A DNA stretch of 64,000 nucleotides. Origin: Euprymna scolopes. Taxonomy: Eukaryota. The position numbers were made by a program, and so were the translations under genes. This document shows positions 39,130 to 51,628 of this stretch, piece after piece. The notes under the pieces were generated by a model. It had not been told where the DNA came from. It worked only from the letters and a program-made list of their open reading frames with translations, and did not search any database. The stretch lies in the NCBI GenBank assembly GCA_053919585.1, contig CM132785.1. One strand, written 5' to 3'. How positions within the stretch are numbered: position 1 is the stretch's first letter; every line of letters begins with the position of its first letter.

Positions 39130-40770
39130 AAGTTAAGAAGCATCAATAAGACGTTCAAAAAATAGTGGACAACCCTAACCTTATGGTTCCAGCAGATAAA
39201 ACTATGATTATTTACAGTATGAATTTTCAAATATATAACAATCTAAGTATAAGGAAGCAACTGAAGATGATCTATTTAGAATTTCTTTATTTGGATGAAA
39301 AATTGTGATAAAATGAACATTCAGGATAAAATAGAGGTTTATACCCCACTTAACCCTCGGTTTTTTTATTGAAGGACCATAAACCGGACTTCAATAATAA
39401 ACCCAGTATTAGACTTATTGCTCCATGCGAATCTGACATAGGTAATATCAGTAAAAAGATACTAGACAGAATCATACCAACCTTAAAATAAAAAATTGAG
39501 CACAATGTATGGATTATCCGCGTGAAGTAATCAAGTGGTTTGATAGATTCCCGAAAAAACAAAAAAGGTAAATTGATCATGTTTGTACATGCATGCCTAA
39601 TACCATTCAATTGCTCCTATACTATTGGAAAAAAACACTTAAACTAGCTGAAGAGGAAACGGATTGACAAATTTGGAAATTGAAATTATAAAAATAGCTA
39701 GAAAAACCTTAATCAGATACAACGGGGAACTGTGGACAAGAAAGGATAGAGAGGGGCATTTTGACGTCAGAATGGGTCCCGGACTCTACGTTGATTACTG
39801 ACTTGTTAGGCTTCCACTTTCTAAGGAAGATGACGGGGAAATCCCTGGTTTAAATGGGGGGGGGTTATAGGGATAACGCATTTTATAGTTAATTCTAGGG
39901 ATCGCATTACGGAAAAATCAATAAAAAAATATCAGAAGTTTTTTTTAGGAAATAGGATTAGAGATAACAATACACAGCAATTACAAGAAAGTGAACTTTC
40001 TAGATGTTACCCTCAATTAAATTATAACACATATAAACCCTATCACAAACCCAACCAGAAAATATTCTACATAGATTACCAATCGAATCATCCGAAGTGT
40101 ATGAAGAAGGTGCTTATCCTCAACATTTCTAAAAGAGTTTCCGAACTTTCTGAGAATGAGTCTTTTTAAAAAAGCAAGGTATATTACAATGAAGCTCTTC
40201 TGAGATCGGGATACAATGGAATAATAGAGTACAAGAGGACGAATAACAGTAAGAACAACAAACCTAACTGCAAAATATCGTATAACATGGCAATGAGAAA
40301 GAAACCGAAGATTAATAAAGAATGCGTTAATAAGGATAAAAGAATGGGAATGGAGGGAGTAATAATAACAGCGGAAGAGGTAATGTCGAGGCGGGTACCA
40401 TTAATAAAGAAGTAGACGAAAGAGACAGGTTTGGTTCAATCCGTCGTTCAGCGAGCATATCAAAAACAATATACCTAGGGCATTTTACGGAATAATTAAT
40501 AAAAACTTCCCTCCAGAGAATAGATTAAGCAAAATAATTAATAGAAACTCAGTAAAATTATCTTTCTCGATACCAAACAAATTAACTAACACTACAATGA
40601 TCTCCAACAGGAGGAAAATCAGCAAAATCAGGATAATAACGAGTTAGAATCGAATGAAAGTGTCTTAGACAAAAATGTAACTACAGAATACCTGGCAATT
40701 TACGTTGGGTGGTAAAGGATTTACCTTAGAATAGTATATAAATGCGAGATTAAGACCGATATTACTAAGA

Positions 40771-40841
<71 letters not shown>

Positions 40842-41227
40842 GGCCACGGTTGCGTTTTTAAGGAAAGATACAGAAACCACATAGTTTCCTTCAAAAGGGA
40901 ACCAGAGATGGACACTAATAGAGGAGGTGTTATCGATAGCAGGGGGGTACAAGAATCAACATTAGTAATAACAGGAGGAATACAACTACATTAGGGGATT
41001 GGGTCATGGAACTTAATAGAAACAATAAAGATTTTGAATTGAAATGGTCAGTAGTGGATATAGGGAGTAAGTATAGATCTGGAAAATCAAAACGGTGCAA
41101 TCGTTGTCTAGTGGAAGCCTTCTACATAGTAAATTCTAAAGAATAACTATTATATAAAATGCTCGATGCTATGCAGGGATGTATTCACATGAATAGGTTT
41201 TTCCTATCACGTGTTAAATACAGCTGA
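39130..41227 (+). mobile_element. Degenerate Penelope-like retroelement (RT plus C-terminal GIY-YIG), Naiad-type motifs
   Basis: VPADKT, IRLIAP..SDIG.ISKKILD, FDVRMG, YRDN (from YRDD), KVNFLDVTL, YKPYHKPN, SNHP, YNEALLRSGY, WFNPSFS, INRNSVKLS, CxCx5C-like motif, IVYKC…YIG, FKERYRNH..SF, LKWSVV, CNRCLVE, C-terminal CIH. Many frameshifts. Confidence 0.88.
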
Positions 41228-42388
41228 GGTAAAAACGTTCTGTAACAATAAAGATCCTTGTGTACAACGCCAAATTTTAATGTAGAGTTAAATAGCATCG
41301 AATAATGTAGTCTAAACGAATTATCCAAATCTAGCAAGCAATACCGTTTCTATTATTGTACACTGTATAAGACATATAGATAAAGAATAAGGCTTACCTA
41401 AGATTAGCAATATTGTTCCATAACCGGGAGCACATTTTTAGTCGTAGTAGTATCGATGGTGAAATGTGGTACCTTTTTCAGATCAATAAAATAACTTAAA
41501 AATAAACTAGCAATAATAAAATATAGCAATTACAGAGTTGGAAATTAATTGACAGCATTCTCTGATAAGTAAAACTTGAAAACTCCCTGTTTGTTTAAAT
41601 TAATCTTGTTCTAAATTTTTTTATCCAAAAATGCAAGGGTAAACACCACTTTCATCGGAGTAAAACACACTTGGAGCTTAAGACTGGTGTTATTATGACA
41701 ATAATTATTAATGGGATATATATAGTGTTTTATGTAGGTGTCAAAGAACACACTTCAGGAAGTGTAATTTTTGTTCTGGACCAATGAATACCCCCAGCAG
41801 ATTATGGATGGATGGCAGATGACCCATGAGTATATAATCAACTTCAGGATTACAGATATACTTAAAATCTTAATTTGTTGAATAAGCTAGCTTAGCCTTT
41901 ACTGTATCTGTTTAATTTATCAATAAATCATAGACACATTTTAGGGTTTACCAAACTAGAAACATCAAACGGTCGTGGTTGTCTCCCTTTAACTCTCATG
42001 AGTACCTACAACAATCTTGGTTTCCCATGATTTCAGCGGATTTAAAAAAAAAATAATAACGAAGGGGAGTATCTCCCTTCGTAGCTAAGGACACCCGATA
42101 ATCGCTACCCCAAAAGTTGAGAACCTTAAATGATAAATGAGGATCAAATACGCCTAATGTAATTTTGGTCTTTATTTTTCTAATAAATAAAATATACAAC
42201 TTAAATGGTCTTAAATCTAAGAAATAAGATAGCCGATATTTTTGTAAACAAAGAATCAAGCATTCGTCGAATACTGCATATGTATTTGATAAGCATTAGC
42301 TTTTTAAAAAATGTTCAAGTACTGTTGAACAAAATTCAGTTACACTATGCACTATATTGTGACACTTTGGCTTAAAAACATAAGACTA

Positions 42389-43604
42389 CTAGGGGTATTG
42401 CCCGGCAGTTCCCGAGTGTTTGGAGATGCGTGTTGAGCAAAAAAAGTGATAGTACGCAGTCTCAAATCCGTAACACGAAATAGGCAAGGAATGTGAAAAA
42501 AGAGGATACTGAATTAAAGGAGTTCCTAATAAATTTTTGGCCCGGGTGGAGGATAGAGGCACAAGGAAGAAATAAAAAAAATAAAAAGAGAGAGAGAGAG
42601 GTGGAATCGATCTTGAAAACGTAAGGTAATTCATTTTCCTCGTTAACCATTAGGCCAAAGTAGATAGAAAATTGAATGAGTTGGTAATTTCCTTACGAAT
42701 CATAGGAGTCGGCGCCGAAATTAAAGTTTTTAACCTGACCGAGGGCCAGTTAAGCTTTCCGTTTCTGTTGTGTTATTTATATGCTTTTCTACGAAAGAAA
42801 ATAAGGCAAAAGGTAATGTATAATGTAGGGGGAATCTCGGCTTCCCACCAAAAGGGAGAACTCTGGCAGAATCCTAATAGATAGAAATTGTCTCAGTATG
42901 AATGGTTTCCCCTATGTTGAGCAAGCTTCAATTACAGAACAGATAGTACCCGGCCTAAAGGTCAGGCGGTAGTGTTTGCTTCGATTAGTTTTGCCTTATT
43001 TATACGTTAAAGACAAACAAAAACTCGAAAGGGGGGACATTTTTAAAACTCGATCAAAAAAAAAATAGGGACGATGTTTGTGTGCGAATCTTAGATATTA
43101 CGATCTAGGAGGTATGAGACAACTTCTCCTGGAATGTAACCGACGCGAGAACCCTCAGCCAAAAAGCCTCTTTTGGACATACACATACACTCGTGCCCAT
43201 TTTGCCTTTTATATATTGGAAGAACCTGAGTGTTCAGCGTTGACCTGAGGTGTGTGTTGAGCAATAAAAAAGTGGGAGTAGGCAGGCAGGCAGGCTCGAA
43301 CCCACACTGCAAAGGAGGAAATGAACGTGAAAAAATGACGTTTTTGCCGTTGCGTCCATTGCCAAACCAAAAGTAGCGAATGTTTAAATTAAGGCTGCCA
43401 ATTTAAAAGAGGTGAAAGCTTTCGAAAATATCGATGAAAAGTGCCCCCTCTATCTGGAAAAGTTCCCAACTGTGGGTGAAGGGGCGTGCTCTAATACGAT
43501 AAACCAAATTCATCGCCTTTGTCGACAATTTTAGGCAGGCATACATACATACATACATACATACATACACACACTAACAGACGGATGAGATTTATATTAT
43601 ATGT
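42389..43604 (-). mobile_element. Non-autonomous Helitron-like element (~1.2 kb), related to 35399-35889
   Basis: CTAG at 42389-42392 next to a degenerate hairpin. 43240-43604 is alignable with 35430-35890 (ggcaggctcg.accc..actgc.aaggaggaa; gaaaagttccca.ctg.g.gtgaag; tgagatttata.tata). (CATA)n lies near the 5' end. Confidence 0.65.
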
Positions 43605-44317
43605 AATCGATGGAAAAACAACATCTTAATCCATTTTAACGCCTTAAAACGCACACATGTTTACATCTTTAATAAATATTTAGTTTTTTTATTTGATATT
43701 AAGTATGTTCAAATTCAGGATAAAAAATGTTTCCCATTTTCTGAAATGTTCAATGTCAGGTTTTTGTTACTAATTTTTTTTTTTTTTTTGTAAAAAGCTT
43801 TTATTCATTATCGACGGTCTGATTGTTTGAGATATATTGCCATTTTCTACCTTAGTATATTATTATTCAGTGACCAGGTTTCGTTTACTGTATTTTGATA
43901 ATTCTCTCACGGATTATAGAACTTAAAACCTAATTTCGAAAAATAAAATATCTATTTAAATTAGGTGTTTGCATACTAAATGCTATATGTCAGATCACAT
44001 GAAAATCACCCATAAGGCATCAAAAAATACAAAGGCAGCAACATTTCGACAAAAAAAACGTATCGACAAGAGATTTAAGCAGAATGTTGCAGATAATGAA
44101 CAGAGAAATGTTTATGTTCATGCAGTAAAGTACAAAAAATAGAAAGGAATAACATTCTTAATATCAAACGATTTAGATCACGTAATGCCTGCGGTGACAT
44201 GGTGATAAAAATAACTACTAACGAACAAAAACAAAAGTATTTTATTCAAAATTAAACTATGGAAGTAAGCTTCATCCGTCCCGTATCTAAACTCCTGCGA
44301 GTGCTTGTGTTGCTACA

Positions 44318-44518
44318 NNNNNNNNNNNNNNNNNNNNNNNNNNNNNNNNNNNNNNNNNNNNNNNNNNNNNNNNNNNNNNNNNNNNNNNNNNNNNNNNNNN
44401 NNNNNNNNNNNNNNNNNNNNNNNNNNNNNNNNNNNNNNNNNNNNNNNNNNNNNNNNNNNNNNNNNNNNNNNNNNNNNNNNNNNNNNNNNNNNNNNNNNNN
44501 NNNNNNNNNNNNNNNNNN
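44318..44518. other. Assembly gap
   Basis: Run of N. Confidence 1.
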
Positions 44519-44639
44519 AATACGGCTTAATAGTGGCTTCGCCTCGACACTCATTTGGAAAGTCGCCCATAATTTATTTGGATGTATATAATTTTTTTTA
44601 TTTTTATTATTAAATTTAAAACCGTATTCTATGTACACA

Positions 44640-44750
44640 CATGTGTCAAGGTAACTATCTCTCGTCAGCATAGCTTGACTGCTCTAGGAATCGAACTCCA
44701 GACCATGTGTATCGCAGTATGGCGCGTTAACCTTTCCGCCACAAACTCCT
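44640..44750 (-). mobile_element. tRNA-derived SINE head
   Basis: The minus strand has A-box-like TGGCGGAAAGG and B-box GTTCGATTCC at tRNA spacing, but no intact acceptor stem. Confidence 0.65.
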
Positions 44751-45922
44751 AGATAACTTTAGTATTATTTTTATCGCTTATAAATTTTAGGTTCGTTGTT
44801 GTTGATTTTTCTTTATATAGATATATACATAACTTGGATAAGCCTTCTCGGTTTATGAATCCATCGATCCGTTTTCAGACTTTTGTAAAAATTCTGCACA
44901 TGCTAAGATATTTTATTTCCTTAATTGGTATGTATCCATTTCTAGTGCCTTTACATGCTGGTTCAAAACACATAAGCTCAAACCCGTAAATGCAGTTTTC
45001 TTTTTTTTACATCAGACTTTAATAATCTCTTTTTCCCTTATTTCATTTTTACTACCATTTCTATTTTTTAAATGTACATTTTAAGATATACAAAACAAAT
45101 GCGCAAAAATAAATAAAATAAAAGATTATAAAAAGCAACACCTATCTGTATTTCAATATAGTCTGATTTATCATATTCGTACCAATGTTATATTTTTATG
45201 TTGTATTTATTTGCTTCCACACTGAGCAAATTACGGACAAGGCCGTTTGTTGATGTGGAGAGAGAGGGAACTAGGTAGTAATTTGCACTCTGGTATGTAG
45301 GGTTGCCCCTACATGGACAAGAAGATGGCCTCAAAAGCAATGGTCTTTGATTGCAGCATCTGCTGGAACAGATACTGCACTTTAATCTTGGTCTGTTATA
45401 GTTGTATGTTACAACCTAATAATTTTGACATTTTTACGTCTCTATTTTTTATATTTCTGTTGTAGGATAGTTGACGTGCAACGCAGGAAAATATCAGTGT
45501 TTAAAAAAATCTGTTGTAAATTAAGTTGATGGCGATGACATAAACGCTATATACCAATCGAAAAAACGAGAACATGAACCTTGCGAGAAACGTTTAATTC
45601 TGTATTGATATTGCTTAAAGAATTTCAAGATGCAGATAAAAATGAGAAAGCACATTAAATACTAATGAAATAATGTACGACAGTGTAAATAAATAAAACA
45701 ATATAAAATCATATCAAAGAAATTAGTCAGGAAAAAGAACAAAGTCAGAGGCACATTTCTGCCGCCGCCCGTACTGAACAAGTAGTACCCCGCCACTCTT
45801 ACTGAGCCGAACTCCATAGCTTTCCAAGTTATAAATTTTTAAAGTGAATACACTTTTTAGAGTTGACACGTTGTTGTTGATTACATAGATGACGACCATC
45901 AGAGAGTATATAGTTTCTAATT

Positions 45923-46212
45923 TATTGATTGATTGATTGATTGGTTGGTTGTTTTACGGGATGTCGACCCTTTTCAGGTTATTTAATGCCGAATCCAAAG
46001 ATTCGGAAGAAAAACAAATTAATAGAATAGATTTTTTATTTTCATGTCGGTTTTTATTTAACCCTTAGTTGGGACCCTAACAGGTACTACCATTTTGGTT
46101 CAGAGTGGACCTGGAAGCAATGGAAATTAAAGGGTGGGTCCACACTCCCCAAAGCCCGCAAGCTTGGGCCTCACCACTTGATATAGTTTAAGGTCATATC
46201 CAGGACCACCCT
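45923..46212 (-). mobile_element. 5'-truncated SINE: conserved central core plus (ACCA/ATCA)n tail
   Basis: Minus strand reads tcctggatatgacc..aaac…ggtgaggc…ttggggagtgtgga…ttccattgcttccaggtccactctgaacc…tggtagtacctgttagggtccc, which I recall as a MetaSINE/MESC-type core. The tail ggattcggcattaaataacc… ends in tetranucleotide repeats. Confidence 0.6.
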
Positions 46213-46633
46213 TTCTAAAAGTGCGACAATAAAATATATCGAGGAAATAATCATTTTTATTAATAATTTTCAAAAGTATCTTGAGAATCAACTTTTTTTC
46301 CTCTGTAGATATTTTAGAGAAGTTGTGCTGCTTTATTTATTTATTTATTTTATTTTTACCTAACAACAATTTTTTACTGTTTCCTTTTCAATATATGTAT
46401 TTTTTTCAATACGCCCACACTTGTCTGGGATTTCTCATTTGTTTTCTAATTTGAAATTTAGGATATTGTAACTGATCTTACAAACACCGTCGATAGAAAA
46501 GCTAAACGTAAACATTGCACATCTTTTAAAGTCCCGCAATTTTTAACAACTACTTTTGCATTTTTTTATTGCAAGTTTGTGTTGAATGGCTGTTTAAGAA
46601 AAAGAACTTAACAATTTTGTCAACAGTGAAAAC

Positions 46634-46802
46634 AATAATAATACTAATAAGTTAGGTATCGCCAGTCAGTGTTTGGTCGCTGCAGTCATAATAATGCTAA
46701 TAATAATAGGTTTAGTATCGGTAACCAGTGCTTGATCGGTTCTGGTCACACCTATAATAATAAGTTAGTTATCGCCAGCCAATGATTGGTCGGTGAAGAT
46801 CA
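46634..46802. repeat. Three diverged tandem copies of a ~50-60 bp unit
   Basis: Unit approximately aataataagttagtatcgccagccagtgnttggtcggt..ggtca, recurring at ~46645, ~46703 and ~46756. Confidence 0.8.
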
Positions 46803-48233
46803 GCCGTTAGCATGATGATCACCTCCATAAGAAAAAGGGAGTCTCAAAAAAGCCAAATAAACAATTGCGTAAGATCAACAAAAACTAATTTAAGTGTCAA
46901 GCCCATTAAGTAAGAAAAGCTGAATGAAACATAAACATACAAAAGGTAAGTATTAGACAACGCAATAATGAATTACGACTCGACTTAGATGTAATGTTTT
47001 TTGGATTTCGGGGGGTTTAAACTTATTGTAACGTGTTTTCTTTACACCTAAATGTACTCTAATCCCGAAGAGGTTGGAAGACTCATTTAAACATGAATAA
47101 AAATACAACTGCAACCAAGGAAAGCATAATTAACTTTTCAATTAGATTAGTTTTTTTTCTCTTAACATTTTATAATGAGTTTCTATTATAAGTGTAGTTT
47201 CATCTCGCTTTGTTAAAAGACTGATCTAAACATACAGACAGAACATATAACTGTAAGCGAAGGAAAAATTTATTGAACAAAGTTACATTGATGTTTGTAT
47301 TTTAATCATTTAACGTGTTTATTCGAGACAAATATAGTTTAACACGTTCGATTTAAAACAGACTGGTTAAGACAAAAAAAATGCATCCTATAACTAACAT
47401 TAAAAGCACGATTAATTTCATGTGTTTAAACCCATTTTAACGTATTTTGCTTGCAGATTAATGTAGCTTAACACCGTCAAGTAAACATAACTGATTTAAA
47501 CATAACTATACATCATATAACCAGAACGATATTCATAATTATCTTTATCACTCTATAAATAACTGTATTTAATTTGTTTTGTAGCGCTCCTGCAGCATCC
47601 TGAGTTTTACTATATATCAGTCCTCACTTAAGAAAAATTACTCCTTTAGGAAAGGTAGGAAACTTGGTTTTAGAAATGCTCTTGGTGGTTCCTCTTTAAA
47701 TGAAATTAGTCTTGCGGTCATTCTTTGGACGCCATTTTCTTTTATTTTTTATTCTTCAGTAAAGAAGGTATTCTTTGGACAATGAAACAAAATATAATTT
47801 TATAATTTGCAAAATCATCTTTTAATTTGGAATGTTTTATTTATTAACTATATAAAGTAAGCATCAGAGCAGATACGCCACTTTGATCTCGCCCTGATGG
47901 ACGAGAGAAAAAAAAGAACCACTAGGATTCTGCTTAGATGTATTTGTGAATCTGAGACAACACAGCTGGAACGAGATTATTAATTGATATGATTTATAAC
48001 TCGTAAAATTCTCATAAATAGAGTGGTTATCAATATGCTAAATATAAAATGTAATTTAGTTAATACCGGATGAATCATTTATATATCTCAAAGTCCTAAT
48101 AAATCTTAAAATACTCTCTAAATATGAAAACGAGAAAAACTATTGGCACGGTACACGTATTTGTATGTATTGCAAAATAATATACCAGTCACACAGCCAT
48201 ACAATTTTCTCAAAATAAAGCACTGATATTCAA

Positions 48234-48301
<68 letters not shown>

Positions 48302-48330
48302 CCTATGAATTATTCTTAGTATATAAATAT

Positions 48331-48390
<60 letters not shown>

Positions 48391-49103
48391 TCTATGAACT
48401 TGTCTGTGTTAGAATATATTAATTACACAGTACTTAACTCACAATGTTTTTATATGAGAATATATACACTGTGTTTGCCCATTAATCTTTGACTATTGTA
48501 ACCAACCAAGTACAACGTCAACTCACCAGATCCGTAATCGCAATACTTGATCATTTTCTTCTACAAAAAATTGCGCATTAATGTGTATTTTAAAAAGATT
48601 ACCACAACTTCAGTTCAGTAATTTTAATAATGTAATTCTGCGATCTATGTATATTGCCATAAATGTCATATATAAACGATATGCAAGATTTATATGAAAC
48701 TCTCTTCAGTATCGTATGTTTTTGTAACGTTCATTTGCACAAAAAAAAGAAATGCTTATTTTATTTTATTCGCCAGATTGTGTACATTATATTTCCAGCT
48801 GTATATATCAATGCACACGAGAAAAGATTGAAAACTAGAAATACTGAGAGTTTAACACAGCAACTATACGCTATTTATAAATTTTAGATTAAACATGGCT
48901 TTTAGCAATGTCTACGAAATTTGCCGCTGTGTCTGGAGTAATGAATAAATAAACGTATATTTCCATCCGTTCTTGAACACGTTAATGGCTAGATATATTA
49001 AACATATATAACATTGAATTAATTTATATCAGATAACGACACACACATACAACACACAGAAACACACACGCTCGCGCGAACATATACATACACCCACACA
49101 CAT

Positions 49104-49135
<32 letters not shown>

Positions 49136-49422
49136 GTTTAGACAAGGAGTTCTCTCAAATTATTAAGAATTCACTTAGCCTCTCTTAGAAAATGATATAA
49201 TAAGGAACTGACTTACGACATGTAGCCATTTCTCCCCTGAGTGATACCTATTCGTAATCGGAATCAAGAATAGATATTATTATAGAATCGTTTTGCCCCT
49301 TTCTGGTTATATACATATACTATTTAGTTTCATTAAATACTATTTATTTGAAGTAGGCTTATAGAAAAATGGGTCAGTTTTGTAGGCTAGTGAATTATCT
49401 CCCTCTATCTCATATATATATA

Positions 49423-49489
<67 letters not shown>

Positions 49490-49806
49490 CATGTTCTCAG
49501 TAAGACAAGTATGATAAAACAGCGCGCCGTGTTTTGCTTAATGAGGTTTTTGTTTTTTTTATTTTATTTTTCGAATAGTAACTCTAATTTCTCGGTCCGA
49601 TCTGTGCAAGAAAGTTCAATAGTCGTATTCGTCCATCTGTTTTTTCTTTTAATTCTTTTTTCAAGTATTTAAACTGAGTTCTCACTATCGACTTCAGCCA
49701 GATTTTGATGACGCTTTCGTTTAAAATCTGGCTGATTTTATGCTTCCGGTCAAATTACATCAAAATCCTTGAACTAGTGAAGCGCCCCGTGTGTAATATG
49801 TATAAA

Positions 49807-49876
<70 letters not shown>

Positions 49877-49877
<1 letters not shown>

Positions 49878-49905
49878 TAGACTACCCGTGACTCGATGGG
49901 TCAGT
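49877..49905 (-). mobile_element. Helitron-type 3' terminus abutting (TA)n (extent of element not determined)
   Basis: CTAG at 49877-49880 next to the degenerate hairpin acccgtgactcgatgggt. Confidence 0.5.
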
Positions 49906-50684
49906 GTGTTATATTAGCTATGGAATTCATGTAGGAGCATGACACTTGTGACGTAAACAAAATAGTTTTTTTTTTTTTACATAACGGAAACATTTCTATG
50001 AAAGTATATTAAAATGAAAAATAACGGACGGATCACTCAAACATGTAAAAAAAAAATCCCTCCCTATTCGTGTAAATTTACCAATTTTTTTCGAATAAAC
50101 GCTCCAAAATCGAAAATTAAACATTATTTTCCTATGAATCGAACGCCGACGAAAGTCATTTAGCAGAACCCCGTCCCCATGAACCTACCGATGAGAAATA
50201 TAAGAATGAAAAACGCATATTGAAATCCTTCAACTAAGGTAAAGAATCTAAAATCTAACAAAAAGGAAACAAATAATTAATAAAACCTGAAGCAAAAAAA
50301 TGAAAGCTAAATAAATAAAATAAAACAAATATTGAAACAGATTAGTAAATGTGTCAACAAATTCATCGTTCTCACACACTATTTTGTATATAGAAATGTA
50401 AACAAAAAAAAAGAAAGGGAGGAAAAGGGGCGGATAGAGAGTAGTAGAAGTAGTAGTCATAGCTTTACTACTATTGTTCTCATGTTTGTCAACGGGTTAA
50501 ACTCGTTTAGTTGTAAGAAAATAATGACTGTATACTTGTAATAAAGAATAGTTGCAAAACATCCCCACTCCTACCATGTAAAATAATAATATCGAAATCA
50601 CGTTAATATTTCAGTACCAGTCTATATCTGCAAAAGTAGCGATTTGTTTTTATATGTTTACGTTGTTATGGGTTAATGTTTATA

Positions 50685-50721
50685 CGCGCATGCGCAACCG
50701 GATGTCGTAAACCCGGAAGTG
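50685..50721. promoter_or_regulatory. NRF1 site plus two ETS sites
   Basis: CGCGCATGCGCA at 50685-50696, ACCGGATGT at 50697-50705, CCGGAAGTG at 50713-50721, in otherwise very AT-rich DNA. Confidence 0.5.
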
Positions 50722-50757
50722 GGTTACATACCTCGTTACAAAATCATTTGAGTTTTA

Positions 50758-50793
<36 letters not shown>

Positions 50794-50795
<2 letters not shown>

Positions 50796-51233
50796 TGATT
50801 GAACGGTTCGATTATTTTTTCCGATTCCGATACAATGACTGATTCCGTACTAAAATCCCGATTTCGATACAGTTACCGATTCCGATGCTTTATAAATCTC
50901 TACATATTTAACTATGAAATTGGTATTTGGTAAAGATTACTGTAAAAGTACAACTTAAATGTATATATATATTTTCTCAAACCGAGAAACACATTTGTGA
51001 AGGGGGAGATATATAGATTTTTGTTTTACTGTAAGTTTAAAATCAATAAGTATTTATTATTACTACCAGGAATTACTTTTTTTCTTGAAAGAAAATCAAA
51101 TTAGAACTGATAATTAACGGAATCATGTTACCATCGGAAAATTCGCACAACTTTTTTCCGATACTGATCCCAATACCTCAAAAAGTTATGATTTTTTTAT
51201 TCTCGATTAGGATTCAGATTAATTTTCTCAACA

Positions 51234-51235
<2 letters not shown>
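50794..51235. mobile_element. Putative MITE sitting between two (TA)n tracts
   Basis: Weak terminal inverted repeats (agtgattga … tcaacact) and subterminal reiterations of ccgattccgatac. Confidence 0.35.
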
Positions 51236-51284
<49 letters not shown>

Positions 51285-51579
51285 TGTTTTAACAAAAAGC
51301 AAGACTTCAAGAAATGGGTTGATAGCAACAAAAAGTGTAATTCGTTGTTAGTTACAATCGTTTCAAGACCATTTGAAAAAATTCAAACAATATGTACTTT
51401 GAGAATTTTCACAAGAGCAGTCTTTCTTCAGACTTATTAAATGTAAAGTGCACTTTAACAGGCAAGCATTAAGGAACAGAAACATTTCCTTAATGAGGAA
51501 AGAAAAAAAGCGGGAACACTTTACCTCTTTTGCATCTTTGCAACGTATGTTATATATGGGTCTCGTGTGTAAAGAAAAA

Positions 51580-51625
<46 letters not shown>

Positions 51626-51628
<3 letters not shown>

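Noticed and set aside
38849-39136. ORFs spanning N runs (also 13685 and 44252-44671)
   Set aside because: Artefacts of assembly gaps.
44680-44750. Functional tRNA gene
   Set aside because: A and B boxes are present but the acceptor and anticodon stems do not pair; better explained as a SINE head.
46634-46802. CRISPR-like repeat-spacer pattern
   Set aside because: Only three degenerate units, separated by (AAT)n rather than unique spacers.
47585-47654. Plus-strand exon (ttttgtag … aag|gtagg)
   Set aside because: Short, unrecognisable peptide with no partner exons; such splice-like signals are common by chance in AT-rich DNA.
49694-49735. SECIS element (ATGA…AAA…TGA)
   Set aside because: The SECIS helix cannot form. 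The segment is a simple 13-bp inverted repeat (tcagccagatttt/aaaatctggctga) with no selenoprotein ORF upstream.
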